Shown piece by piece: positions 26,954 to 36,482 of a stretch of DNA of 64,000 nt (its first letter is position 1; each line of letters starts with the position of its first letter). The notes under the pieces were generated by a model. The model was not told the DNA's origin. It saw only the letters and a program-made list of their open reading frames with translations, and did no database searches. Source of the stretch: Bacteroidales bacterium (lineage in GTDB: Bacteria > Bacteroidota > Bacteroidia > Bacteroidales > CAIWKO01); NCBI GenBank assembly GCA_023228145.1, contig JALOBU010000001.1:9463-73462 (forward strand), given 5' to 3'. The position numbers and the translations under genes were made by a program.

Positions 26954-29791
26954 CTACTTACTTACACACATGTATTTTTTTATACAAAAATTTTGTCCTT
27001 TGAGTGTGTAAACATAGATGCCCGAATTTAAATGATCAGAGATGATAAAATTATAAACTCCCGACTGAAGAGTCCCCGAGAAGATTGTTTTATTCATGGC
27101 GCCTTTAACATCGCAATAAGAAAGCTCGACATTTTGCCGTTTGTTTAAAGTTACTTGTATTTCTGTTTTATCGGTGAACGGATTTGGAGTGTTTTGAGAC
27201 AAAAGAGCATCTGCATTTATTATTAGATTTTCGTTGCTAATGTCTGCGGTATAATATTTCTGAAATGCTGATGATGCCGCATATAGTAAATCGTTAAGAT
27301 GCTCTGCTGCTGTTAATGCAAAAACAAGTTTTACGGAATCGAATGGCTGAATGTTAAAAGGACCAGAACTTATCATTTCGGAAACATCGTTGCTTGAATT
27401 GTTAAGGCCGGCATAATTACGTGTTGTTTTTAATGCTGTATATTTTTCCTGACCGGAAAATCCGTCAGAAATTTTTATGCTTCCGTTTGTTCCGTCATTG
27501 TCAAATGCATAGTGATAAATATTCCCGGGTGTGAGCAACGAAATCCCTGTGTAGATGCCGCCTTCAGAAGAAAAGCAATAACCTGTCCGGGTACCCTCAT
27601 GATATTCAATACGATTTTTTACAGAGTTTTTAATATCCCAGTCAGCATATAATCCGGCATAAACGCCTGTTAGGGTTGTTGTTCCCAAATTATGCAGTGT
27701 GTATTCTATAATAATGTATTTATCATCAGGAGTATTTGTCCAGGCATAGGCATGCTGAGAAATTGACAGATTCATCAGGTACGAACCTGCCGCAGAATCA
27801 TTAAACACTCCATAGGCTTCATAATCTGCAAATGAAGAAGGTATTTTGCATATATTCTTTTCTATTTTAAAATCTTTATCAAAAGCTTCTGTGGTGCCAT
27901 AGAGGGCATCAGAAACCTGCGCGGAAGACCTCCCCGCAATAAATCCTCCGGTGTAGATAAGAGTTTCACTGTGCTGATAACGAAACCCCAAACCCTGAAG
28001 GCTGTTTCCGTCATTATAACCAAGCATCCCGTCACTGGTGACAGAAACAGAAATTTTATTTGTATCAATGTCAATATAATTTTTGTTTACCACAAGGGTT
28101 ATATATTGAAATGAGGTGTAATTCGTGTCGTTATAAGTAAGTTTAAAGATTAATTCTTCATTAGCCAGAACGGAAGGCTTGATAAAAAACACAAACGGAT
28201 TAGCAAGGTTGTCAACAGATGCCATTTGAGGAATAGCTCCCAAAGTGATTAATGAATCTATGAGTTGTACGTTATCAGATAAACATTCAATAGCAACATT
28301 CAGCGCCGGTGAAGAAGGTGTAAGGTAATTGATAAAACTTCCGGTTATGGACACAGTGTCTCCGGCAACTAAAACATGAGTTCCCTCTGTATCCGTAAAT
28401 GCAGAATTGTACATATTTATTGATGGAGAAAGTGTGTCGTTAACGGCGTTGAACAAATTAATTCTCCCACTGCCAAGCAAGCCTAGGTAAGGTTCATTTT
28501 CCTGTAGCGTATCTATAATATCTGACGTAGCTTTTAAAATCTCGCCTATTTGAACGCCTGTAAGCGTAGGGTATTTGCTTTTTACTATAGCGGCGCATCC
28601 CGATACAAGGGCTGCTGAAAATGATGTCCCGCCTGATGCCCCGTAAGCGCCCCCCATAAGAGTAGCATATATGGCCTCTCCCGGAGCTGTGATATCAACA
28701 AAATACCCGAAACTGGAGAAACCGGCTTTGATATCACTGGCATTACTTGATGCAACGCTTAATACATAGTTATATGAAGCAGGGAAAAAAGGAACAATAT
28801 TATTATCATTGCCGCAGGCGACAACCACTAAAGCGTTTTTATTGACAGAAGCATAATCAATCACGTCCTGTCCGTATGGGCCCGAATAAAAAGTACTTCC
28901 CCATGAACAATTAATAATACTGCATCCATGCTCAACAGCATAAACGATGCTTTCATAAGTCATCGTTCCCTGATAATTGGTATCGCTGACTTTAACAGGA
29001 ATAAACTTACACGAAAAACCGCAACCTGACCCCCCCAAACTGTTATCAGTAGTTGCGGATGCAATGCCTGCCGTAAGAGTTCCGTGAGAAGAAAATCCGA
29101 TTGGGTTGTTATCGTTGTCGGCTATATCCCAGCCATGGTAATTATCAGTATAGCCGTCATTGTCGTTGTCAATACCGTCAATAGGGTCAAAGTAATTATA
29201 TTTTATATTTCCTGCCAGGTCAGGATGGGTATAATCTGTGCCCCAGTCGGTTATTGCAATAACGATATTCGTGTCACCTTTGTATGTTTCCCATGCGGCA
29301 AAAGCTTTGATGGTGTTCAGATAATACTGGTTAATAATTAAGGGGTCGTTTGGCACGTAATCCAGAGGCTTGGAAATGTAATGTGGCTGGGCATATTCAA
29401 TACAACCCGTCAGCAGAATTTCATTAATTACGGTTTCAATATCAGCGGAAGCCATGTATTTATATTCATAAATCCTTGACAAATCAGCGTATTTCTGCCC
29501 ATAAGCATTGTATTCTTTTTCAGGGGCGCTGATACGGGGAAATTTTTTTAACAGAGATTTTGTTTTATACCTGTTTAATACGGTGTTTAATTTGTTAATT
29601 TCGATATTATCATTTTTACAATAAGAAGCATAATCTTTATTAACTTTAAAAATCAGTGTGTTTTGCAGATAATCGTTTTCGTTAACATTTGAGGGGAGGC
29701 GAAAACAATTATTTTGCTGACTAAAAACGGTTCCGCAAAGCGAAGCGAACAGTATGATTAAAAAAATTTTTTTTCTAGTTACAGGCATCAT
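26954..29791 (-). CDS. S8-family subtilisin-like serine peptidase with T9SS type-A C-terminal domain
   Basis: Asp (IAITDWGTDYTHPDL), His (SSHGTLTAGIA) and Ser (GGTSFSAALVSG) catalytic blocks. Signal peptide. C-terminal NTPNPFTDKTEIQVTL...GIYVYTLK sorting domain. Confidence 0.88.
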   Translation of the reverse strand: MMPVTRKKIFLIILFASLCGTVFSQQNNCFRLPSNVNENDYLQNTLIFKVNKDYASYCKNDNIEINKLNTVLNRYKTKSLLKKFPRISAPEKEYNAYGQKYADLSRIYEYKYMASADIETVINEILLTGCIEYAQPHYISKPLDYVPNDPLIINQYYLNTIKAFAAWETYKGDTNIVIAITDWGTDYTHPDLAGNIKYNYFDPIDGIDNDNDGYTDNYHGWDIADNDNNPIGFSSHGTLTAGIASATTDNSLGGSGCGFSCKFIPVKVSDTNYQGTMTYESIVYAVEHGCSIINCSWGSTFYSGPYGQDVIDYASVNKNALVVVACGNDNNIVPFFPASYNYVLSVASSNASDIKAGFSSFGYFVDITAPGEAIYATLMGGAYGASGGTSFSAALVSGCAAIVKSKYPTLTGVQIGEILKATSDIIDTLQENEPYLGLLGSGRINLFNAVNDTLSPSINMYNSAFTDTEGTHVLVAGDTVSITGSFINYLTPSSPALNVAIECLSDNVQLIDSLITLGAIPQMASVDNLANPFVFFIKPSVLANEELIFKLTYNDTNYTSFQYITLVVNKNYIDIDTNKISVSVTSDGMLGYNDGNSLQGLGFRYQHSETLIYTGGFIAGRSSAQVSDALYGTTEAFDKDFKIEKNICKIPSSFADYEAYGVFNDSAAGSYLMNLSISQHAYAWTNTPDDKYIIIEYTLHNLGTTTLTGVYAGLYADWDIKNSVKNRIEYHEGTRTGYCFSSEGGIYTGISLLTPGNIYHYAFDNDGTNGSIKISDGFSGQEKYTALKTTRNYAGLNNSSNDVSEMISSGPFNIQPFDSVKLVFALTAAEHLNDLLYAASSAFQKYYTADISNENLIINADALLSQNTPNPFTDKTEIQVTLNKRQNVELSYCDVKGAMNKTIFSGTLQSGVYNFIISDHLNSGIYVYTLKGQNFCIKKYMCVSK
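26957..27205 (-). other. T9SS type-A (Por secretion) C-terminal sorting domain
   Basis: Last 83 aa: LLSQNTPNPFTDKTEIQVTLNKRQNVELSYCDVKG...SGIYVYTLKGQNFCIKKYMCVSK. Confidence 0.75.
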
Positions 29792-29834
29792 TGTGATTTT
29801 ATGTTTATAAAATTACAAAAAAAGTTATCATATT

Positions 29835-30287
29835 CTAGGGTTTCAGTAAATTATATTCAGGGATGTCGTCCATAAATTCATAAGAATTATTTTTTGCATC
29901 AATTTTACAGCAAAAATATTTCAATCCGTTGGTTATTATCAAATATTTCACCTGAAGTGTTGCATTATATCTGGCAATCTGGTCGAAAACATTTTGCGTC
30001 AAAGCAATCTGTGGTGCTTTAAATTCGAGTATCATCAGTGGGTTGGCCTTGTTGTCATACACTACGGCGTCACAGCGTTTTGACATTTTTCCCATTCTCA
30101 GGCTTTTTTCAAGGTAAATTAATGTTGGAGGGTATTTTTTTCCCTGAACAAGAAATTTTAAAAAATTTTGCCTTACCCATTCTTCCGGTGTCAATGCAAC
30201 ATATTTTTTTCTTATAAAATCAAAAATCTTGGGGGTAGGATTATTGTTGATACAGAAATCGTATTTAGGCGTTTTAAATTCGGGCAT
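29835..30287 (-). CDS. stand-alone HsdR-N-terminal-like (PD-(D/E)xK fold) domain protein
   Basis: LTPEEWVRQNFLKFL..., CDAVVYD...LMILEFKAP (D...ExK). The start is set at MPEFKTPKYDF, and the listed ORF extends 12 codons further. Confidence 0.65.
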   Translation of the reverse strand: MPEFKTPKYDFCINNNPTPKIFDFIRKKYVALTPEEWVRQNFLKFLVQGKKYPPTLIYLEKSLRMGKMSKRCDAVVYDNKANPLMILEFKAPQIALTQNVFDQIARYNATLQVKYLIITNGLKYFCCKIDAKNNSYEFMDDIPEYNLLKP

Positions 30288-30299
30288 GGGATTATTTAG

Positions 30300-30307
30300 T
30301 ATTTTTG
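30300..30307 (+). promoter_or_regulatory. candidate -7 box (TATTTTTG)
   Basis: TAnnTTTG match ending 31 nt upstream of the amn ATG 30338. Confidence 0.35.
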
Positions 30308-30337
30308 CTTTAAAAATACACATAATTCCTCTTTCAT

Positions 30338-31117
30338 ATGAAAACCAAGAGAGAAATTGTTGAAAACTGGCTGCCGCGATATACGGGTACTGAGCTTAAA
30401 GATTTCGGCAAGTTTATTCTCCTGACCAACTTCAGTATTTATCTGGAGATGTTTGCCCGGATACACAATGTGAAGATTATGGGTGAGGGCAAGGCAATGC
30501 CAAGTGCAACAGCTAAAAACATCACCATTATTAATTTTGGCATGGGCAGTGCCAACGCAGCTACCATTATGGATTTACTCAGCGCCATTGCACCACGGGC
30601 ATGTCTTTTCCTTGGTAAATGCGGTGGCCTGAAACGTAAAAACAAACTCGGAGACCTGATACTTCCCATTGCTGCTGTGCGCGGGGAAGGGACATCTAAC
30701 GACTATTTTCCTCCCGAAGTACCGGCTTTACCGGCTTTTAACCTTCAGAAAGCTGTTTCCACCACCATACGTGACCGAGGACACGATTACTGGACAGGCA
30801 CGGTTTACACAACAAACAGAAGGGTTTGGGAGCATGATGATGAATTTAAAAAATACCTTCGCAAAATCAGAGTGATGGCCATAGATATGGAAACTGCGAC
30901 CTTGTTTTCAGCAGGGTTCGCCAATCATATTCCTACAGGAGCTTTGCTTTTAATTTCCGACCAACCTATGATATCTTCTGGTGTTAAAACGGACAAATCA
31001 GACAAAAAAGTTACCGGGATATATGCTGAAACTCATCTTAAGATAGGTATTGACTCCCTCAATCAACTTATTAACAATGGACTTACCGTGAAACATCTTT
31101 ATTTTGATTATAACTGA
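30338..31117 (+). CDS. amn: AMP nucleosidase, short (catalytic-domain-only) form / PNP-UDP family nucleosidase
   Basis: IINFGMGSANAATIMDLL, GKCGGL and MAIDMETATLF blocks of the nucleoside phosphorylase-I fold. 259 aa. Confidence 0.7.
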   Translation: MKTKREIVENWLPRYTGTELKDFGKFILLTNFSIYLEMFARIHNVKIMGEGKAMPSATAKNITIINFGMGSANAATIMDLLSAIAPRACLFLGKCGGLKRKNKLGDLILPIAAVRGEGTSNDYFPPEVPALPAFNLQKAVSTTIRDRGHDYWTGTVYTTNRRVWEHDDEFKKYLRKIRVMAIDMETATLFSAGFANHIPTGALLLISDQPMISSGVKTDKSDKKVTGIYAETHLKIGIDSLNQLINNGLTVKHLYFDYN

Positions 31118-31123
31118 TAAACG

Positions 31124-32125
31124 ATGAAAAGCGCCACAGAAATAATTCAGGATATCAAGCGCAAAATTTACCATCCGGTATATTTTTTATCAGGTGAAGA
31201 GCCTTATTATGTGGACCAGATAAGTGATTTTATTGAGGATAATCTTTTATCCCCCGAAGAAAGAGATTTTAACCAAACTGTTGTTTACGGAAGGGATATT
31301 GATGTGCAGGGAATTATTGATTATTGCAAGCGCTTCCCAATGATGTCCGATTATCAGGTGGTTATAGTTAAGGAAGCTCAAGTCATTAAAAACATCGAAG
31401 AACTGTCTGCCTATGTGGAAAACCCGCTGAGCACCACGATACTTGTCATTTGTTATAAATATGCAAAAATTGACAAACGAAAAAGTTTTGCCAAACTCAT
31501 AGAGAAAAAAACCGTGTTTTATGAATCACCCAAAATATGGGAAAACCAGATGCCGGCATGGATTACAAATTTTTTTAAAGGACGCGGATATCCGATACAA
31601 CAAAAAGCAGCCTATTTGATGGCGGAATTTTTAGGCACTGAACTCGGCAAAATTGTGAATGAAGCGGAAAAGTTGATGATTAACGTAAAAGCCGGAACAG
31701 AAATCACCGTAGAGCACGTTGAACGAAATATCGGCATTAGCAAAGATTATAATGTTTTTGAACTGCAGAAAGCCCTGGGCGCGAAAAATGTTTTCAGGGC
31801 AAACCAGATTATAAAATATTTTGCAGATAACGAAAAGGAAAACCCCATGGTAAAAGTGCTGCCCCTGTTGTATTCTTATTTTTCCAAAGTATTGTTGTAT
31901 CATAATATCATGGATAAATCCCCGAACAACCTTGCCTCATCATTGTCGGTCAGCAGGATATTTGTTGACGATTATGCTATGGCTGCCCGCAACTATCCTG
32001 TGAGGAAACTCCGAAATGTTTTTAGTTTTTTGCATGATTACGACCTAAAAGCCAAGGGGATAGACAGCCCCGCTGTTGAAGACGGTGAGCTGATGAAGGA
32101 GATGATTTTTAAAATTCTGAACTGA
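31124..32125 (+). CDS. holA: DNA polymerase III subunit delta
   Basis: 333 aa. N-terminal YFLSGEEPYYVD..., and the size and helical C-terminal half typical of HolA. Confidence 0.8.
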   Translation: MKSATEIIQDIKRKIYHPVYFLSGEEPYYVDQISDFIEDNLLSPEERDFNQTVVYGRDIDVQGIIDYCKRFPMMSDYQVVIVKEAQVIKNIEELSAYVENPLSTTILVICYKYAKIDKRKSFAKLIEKKTVFYESPKIWENQMPAWITNFFKGRGYPIQQKAAYLMAEFLGTELGKIVNEAEKLMINVKAGTEITVEHVERNIGISKDYNVFELQKALGAKNVFRANQIIKYFADNEKENPMVKVLPLLYSYFSKVLLYHNIMDKSPNNLASSLSVSRIFVDDYAMAARNYPVRKLRNVFSFLHDYDLKAKGIDSPAVEDGELMKEMIFKILN

Positions 32126-32146
32126 CAGAAGTTTCTTATACTGTTT

Positions 32147-32722
32147 CTAGTTATTAAACGTATAGCCTAGGCCGATGCTGGCCATATGCAGAAAACGGTG
32201 TTTGCTTATAGGTTCCAGTTCCTGATAGGTATTCATTATTGAACAATGCGGATTATATCCGGCGCGGAAAAACAAACCGTTAATTTTTTCATAGCGCACA
32301 CCTATCCTGCCCATGGCCGACAGGTAAGAAACATTGCTACTGAACTGTCCTTGCAAGGCGGAATAGTTTTTATAAAAATACAGATAATCAAGTCCCAGCC
32401 CGCATTCAAACATCCATGCCCCGCGGCCTATCATGAAATCAATTTCAAGCGGAATGCCTGCGGAATATATCTTCGGGAAAGAGAAATAATTAATGCCTGT
32501 TCTCAAGCTCAGTATATTTGAGCGGTTGCAAAGCAGAACAATATCCAGATTCACAGAATTAATGCCCAATCCGGCAAAATTGTATGAAGTTTCATGAAAT
32601 AAAGCAATTTTGGGGCAGAAATCGCTTTTGGTTTTGCAATTACCAGCTCTGTAAGAGAGATTCTGACCAAAAGTAATGAAACACAAAACACACATTTGAG
32701 ACAGCAGTATTATTTTTTTCAT
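32147..32722 (-). CDS. small outer-membrane beta-barrel protein (hypothetical)
   Basis: Start at MKKIILLSQMCVLCFITFGQ (signal peptide). Alternating hydrophobic beta-strand pattern. C-terminal GLGYTFNN. Confidence 0.5.
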   Translation of the reverse strand: MKKIILLSQMCVLCFITFGQNLSYRAGNCKTKSDFCPKIALFHETSYNFAGLGINSVNLDIVLLCNRSNILSLRTGINYFSFPKIYSAGIPLEIDFMIGRGAWMFECGLGLDYLYFYKNYSALQGQFSSNVSYLSAMGRIGVRYEKINGLFFRAGYNPHCSIMNTYQELEPISKHRFLHMASIGLGYTFNN

Positions 32723-32745
32723 GTTTAGGTTTTTTCTATACAATA

Positions 32746-32753
32746 CAAAAGTA
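32746..32753 (-). promoter_or_regulatory. candidate -7 box (TACTTTTG on the minus strand)
   Basis: Plus-strand CAAAAGTA, 24 nt upstream of ATG 32722. Confidence 0.4.
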
Positions 32754-32792
32754 AAATTACAGTTATATATCAAGTATTTCAAATAATATCTC

Positions 32793-32800
32793 TACTTTTG
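32793..32800 (+). promoter_or_regulatory. candidate -7 box (TACTTTTG)
   Basis: 31 nt upstream of ATG 32831 of the TonB-dependent receptor. Confidence 0.4.
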
Positions 32801-32830
32801 GCAAATTTATCAGTTTTTTGATTCCCGTTT

Positions 32831-35185
32831 ATGTTGTGCAGAAAATTACTCGCTCTTGTTGTTTCAATTTTATTTCTACAGTGTAGCACTGCCTTAGCCC
32901 AGAAGGGAACAATAAAAGGCTTTGTGTACGACAAGGAAACCGGCGAACCGTCGATATTTACCAGCGTTTATTTGTATAAAACCACCCTGGGCGTTACTAC
33001 CGATGTCAACGGTTTTTTTGCCATCACGCAGATCCCCCCCGGAGATTATATTCTGATTGCCACATTTTTAGGGTACGATACCGTGAAAATGCCCGTCACT
33101 GTTGGTAAAGGGGAAATTTTAAATAAAAAGCTGTATATACAAAAATCTGCTTACGAGATAAAAGGCATAAATATTTCAGCGGAAACACAGGAAAACAAAA
33201 CAGAAACAAAAGTTTCGGAAATTACGGTAACCCCCAAAAAAATTGAGCAGATTCCTACCATAGGTGGTGTGCCCGACCTTGCCCAGTACCTTCAGGTACT
33301 GCCCGGTGTTATTTTTACCGGCGACCAGGGAGGTCAACTTTATATAAGAGGAGGTTCGCCTATACAAAACAAAGTACTGCTTGATGGCATGATAGTGTAT
33401 AACCCTTTTCATTCCATAGGTTTGTTCTCGGTGTTTGATACCGACATTTTGAAAAATGCTGAAGTATATACCGGTGGTTTTGGCGCCGAATACGGTGGCA
33501 GAATATCTTCGGTGATGGACATCACTACCCGCGACGGAAACAAAAAACGTTTCGGAGGGAAAGTGGACGTGAGTACTTTTGGTGCAAAGGTCCTGCTGGA
33601 AGGGCCTATAGTAAAACAAAAAGAAAATGATAAAGGCAGCGCCTCCTATATTATTTCTATTAAAAATTCTTATCTTAAACAGTCCTCAAGAATTTTTTAT
33701 AAATATATGAATTCGCCTTCTGGACTTTCTTTTGGAGAATATATCAAATATAAAGATACTGTTGGGTTGCCTTTCAATTATACCGATATTTACGGAAAAG
33801 TTTCCATCAATGCCGCCAACGGGAGCAAGGTAAATCTTTTCGGTTACAGTTTTAATGATGCCGCCGACTACCGTGAAATAGCCACTTTTAAATGGAATTC
33901 TTACGGCGGGGGAGCCAATTTTGTGATTATTCCCGGGAAAGCATCCATGCTCATTGACGGTACGCTGGCCTATTCTTCTTACAAAATAGCTTTGGACGAC
34001 CAGACCGACAAAGCAAAATCAAGTACCATCAATGGCTTTAATCTTGGGTTAAACTTTACTTCTTTCTTAGGGAAAAGCGAATTGCGTTATGGATTGGAAG
34101 TGCTTGGTTTTGGTACTAATTTCGAGTTTTATAATACGGCCAACAGGAGGATATACCAGAAAGAATCCACCACGGAATTTGCAGTATTCATTAAATACAA
34201 ATGGGTAAAAGGCAAATTTTTGATAGAACCAAGCTTCCGGGCGCATGAATACGCCTCCCTTTCAAAATTTTCACCGGAACCGCGTCTTGCCATTAAATAC
34301 AATGCCACAAAATTTTTGCGTATAAAACTTGCGGGCGGCATGTATTCTCAAAACCTTATCAGTGCCAGCTCCGACAAGGATGTAGTGAACCTGTTTTACG
34401 GATTTCTTTCCGGCCCCGACAATTTACCCAAAGAATTTGACGGTAAAGAAGTTACTCACGCCCTGCAAAAAGCTGACCATGTAATTCTGGGCATTGAGAT
34501 TGATTTGCATAAATATGTTACCCTGAATATTGAGGGCTACTACAAGTGGTTTACACAACTCACCAATATCAATCGCAACAAAGTGTATGACGATATCCCC
34601 GATTATGCAAATAAGCCGGACATACTGAAAAAAGATTTTATAATTGAAAAAGGCGATGCAGAAGGTTTGGATGTTACCGTGAAATTCGAATACAACCAGA
34701 TTTATTTATGGGCGGTTTATTCTTTGGGTTTTGTACACCGTTATGATGGCATTGACACGTACTTTCCGCATTACGACCGCCGGCACAATGTGAACCTCGT
34801 AGGCTCTTACAATTTTGGTAAAACTCTTACATGGAGCATTAATGTGCGGTGGAATATGGGCTCGGGATTTCCGTTCTCGCAAACACAAGGCTATTATGAA
34901 TTGCTGGATTTCACCGATGGCATAAATACGGATTATACAACTGATAACGGTGACATAGGCATCGTCTATGCCGATTATGATAGCGGACGCCTGCCTTACT
35001 ATCATCGTTTGGATATCTCAGGTAGCAAGACTTTTTATTTTGCTAAAAACATGTCACTTGAAATCAACCTGGGCGTTACCAATGTGTATAACCGCAAAAA
35101 TATTTTCTATTTTGACCGTATTACTTACAAACGCATTGACCAGTTGCCCATTATGCCCAGTCTTGGCATCAGTTTTAAGTTTTAA
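32831..35185 (+). CDS. TonB-dependent receptor with N-terminal carboxypeptidase-regulatory-like domain
   Basis: GTIKGFVYDKETGEP...GDYILIATFLGY (CarbopepD_reg). Plug region (IPTIGGVPDLAQYLQVLPGV, LLDGMIVYNPFH). A long barrel ending in the aromatic ...GISFKF. Confidence 0.88.
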   Translation: MLCRKLLALVVSILFLQCSTALAQKGTIKGFVYDKETGEPSIFTSVYLYKTTLGVTTDVNGFFAITQIPPGDYILIATFLGYDTVKMPVTVGKGEILNKKLYIQKSAYEIKGINISAETQENKTETKVSEITVTPKKIEQIPTIGGVPDLAQYLQVLPGVIFTGDQGGQLYIRGGSPIQNKVLLDGMIVYNPFHSIGLFSVFDTDILKNAEVYTGGFGAEYGGRISSVMDITTRDGNKKRFGGKVDVSTFGAKVLLEGPIVKQKENDKGSASYIISIKNSYLKQSSRIFYKYMNSPSGLSFGEYIKYKDTVGLPFNYTDIYGKVSINAANGSKVNLFGYSFNDAADYREIATFKWNSYGGGANFVIIPGKASMLIDGTLAYSSYKIALDDQTDKAKSSTINGFNLGLNFTSFLGKSELRYGLEVLGFGTNFEFYNTANRRIYQKESTTEFAVFIKYKWVKGKFLIEPSFRAHEYASLSKFSPEPRLAIKYNATKFLRIKLAGGMYSQNLISASSDKDVVNLFYGFLSGPDNLPKEFDGKEVTHALQKADHVILGIEIDLHKYVTLNIEGYYKWFTQLTNINRNKVYDDIPDYANKPDILKKDFIIEKGDAEGLDVTVKFEYNQIYLWAVYSLGFVHRYDGIDTYFPHYDRRHNVNLVGSYNFGKTLTWSINVRWNMGSGFPFSQTQGYYELLDFTDGINTDYTTDNGDIGIVYADYDSGRLPYYHRLDISGSKTFYFAKNMSLEINLGVTNVYNRKNIFYFDRITYKRIDQLPIMPSLGISFKF

Positions 35186-35224
35186 AAAAATCCTCTTTTA
35201 ATTCATGGTTTCATATAGAACCTG

Positions 35225-36349
35225 ATGGCGGGAATTTACATACATATCCCTTTTTGCAGGCAAAAATGCCACTATTGTAATTTTTATTCCGTCCCATCAC
35301 TAAAACATTATGTCGAGGTGATACAGGCAATACAAAGGGAATTGCTTTTGCAGAAAAACTATCTCAGTGAAAAAATAAACACCATTTATTTTGGCGGAGG
35401 CACACCTTCGATAATGAAAACTGACGACATACAATCCATACTGGAAACCATTTATAAAAATTTTGATGGCAGCTCTGTTTCTGAAATCACCCTGGAAGCT
35501 AATCCCGATGATATGGACAGGAAAAAAATACAGGAGCTGAAATATACCGTCGTGAATCGCATCAGCCTGGGGGTGCAGTCTTTTTTTGATGAAGACCTGA
35601 AATATCTTAACCGCAGCCACCATGCTGCACAGGCTGATTATGCCGTAAAAGCTCTTCAGGACGGTGGTTTTACAAATATAAGCATTGACCTGATATATGG
35701 CATCCCGACACTTGGGTTGAACCGGTGGAAGCAAAACCTTGCAACGGCAGTCCAACTCGGCATTCCCCACATCTCTGCCTATGCGTTGACGGTGGAGCCC
35801 AAAACCAATCTGGAGTTTTTTATAAGAAAAGAAAAATTACAGGAGGTGTCTGAAGAAGACGTTGCGGAACAATATAGCTATGCCATGAAATTTTTAAAAG
35901 AACGGGAATATGCACATTATGAAATATCCAACTTTGCTATGCCCGGCATGGAATCAAAGCATAACTGTTTGTACTGGGAAGGCGCAAAATATCTGGGCGC
36001 AGGGCCTTCGGCACATTCTTATGACGGCAGCTCCAGGCAGTGGAATTGCTGCAACACTGAAAAATATATTGAAGGCATAAAAAACAGAAACATTCCTTGC
36101 GAGAAAGAAACACTGACGAAAAATCAAAAATACAATGAATATATCATGACTTCCTTACGTATTGCAAAAGGAGTTGATATGTTTTTTTTGCAACAGAATT
36201 TTGGCGATGATTTTCTTAAGAGTTTTACCGGGCTTATGCAGCCGCATCTTGACAAAGGGTTTGCCTTGAAGAGCGGGCATAATGTAGTTTTAACCAATGA
36301 GGGCAAATTATTTGCCGACAGGATTGCTGCGGATTTTTTTATTATATAA
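35225..36349 (+). CDS. hemW: radical SAM heme chaperone HemW (HemN-like, oxygen-independent coproporphyrinogen oxidase family)
   Basis: IYIHIPFCRQKCHYCNFYS (CxxxCxxC), GGGTPS and the HemN C-terminal domain. 374 aa. Confidence 0.88.
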   Translation: MAGIYIHIPFCRQKCHYCNFYSVPSLKHYVEVIQAIQRELLLQKNYLSEKINTIYFGGGTPSIMKTDDIQSILETIYKNFDGSSVSEITLEANPDDMDRKKIQELKYTVVNRISLGVQSFFDEDLKYLNRSHHAAQADYAVKALQDGGFTNISIDLIYGIPTLGLNRWKQNLATAVQLGIPHISAYALTVEPKTNLEFFIRKEKLQEVSEEDVAEQYSYAMKFLKEREYAHYEISNFAMPGMESKHNCLYWEGAKYLGAGPSAHSYDGSSRQWNCCNTEKYIEGIKNRNIPCEKETLTKNQKYNEYIMTSLRIAKGVDMFFLQQNFGDDFLKSFTGLMQPHLDKGFALKSGHNVVLTNEGKLFADRIAADFFII

Positions 36350-36482
36350 AATCAGGATAGAAAACATATATAAAATTGTAAATCAATACTTTGAAAGGTG
36401 AAAATCGTATGGTCGCAATTTTTAGAAAAGACACTAGTTTTTATTTGAATATCTGGTGTAAGTTTTTTGATACGGCAGCATC

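Noticed and set aside
29835-30287. HsdR-N-terminal-like domain protein as a sign of a type I restriction-modification or defence locus
   Set aside because: No HsdM, HsdS, helicase or methylase gene is nearby. It is a small stand-alone PD-(D/E)xK-like protein sitting among housekeeping genes (amn, holA).
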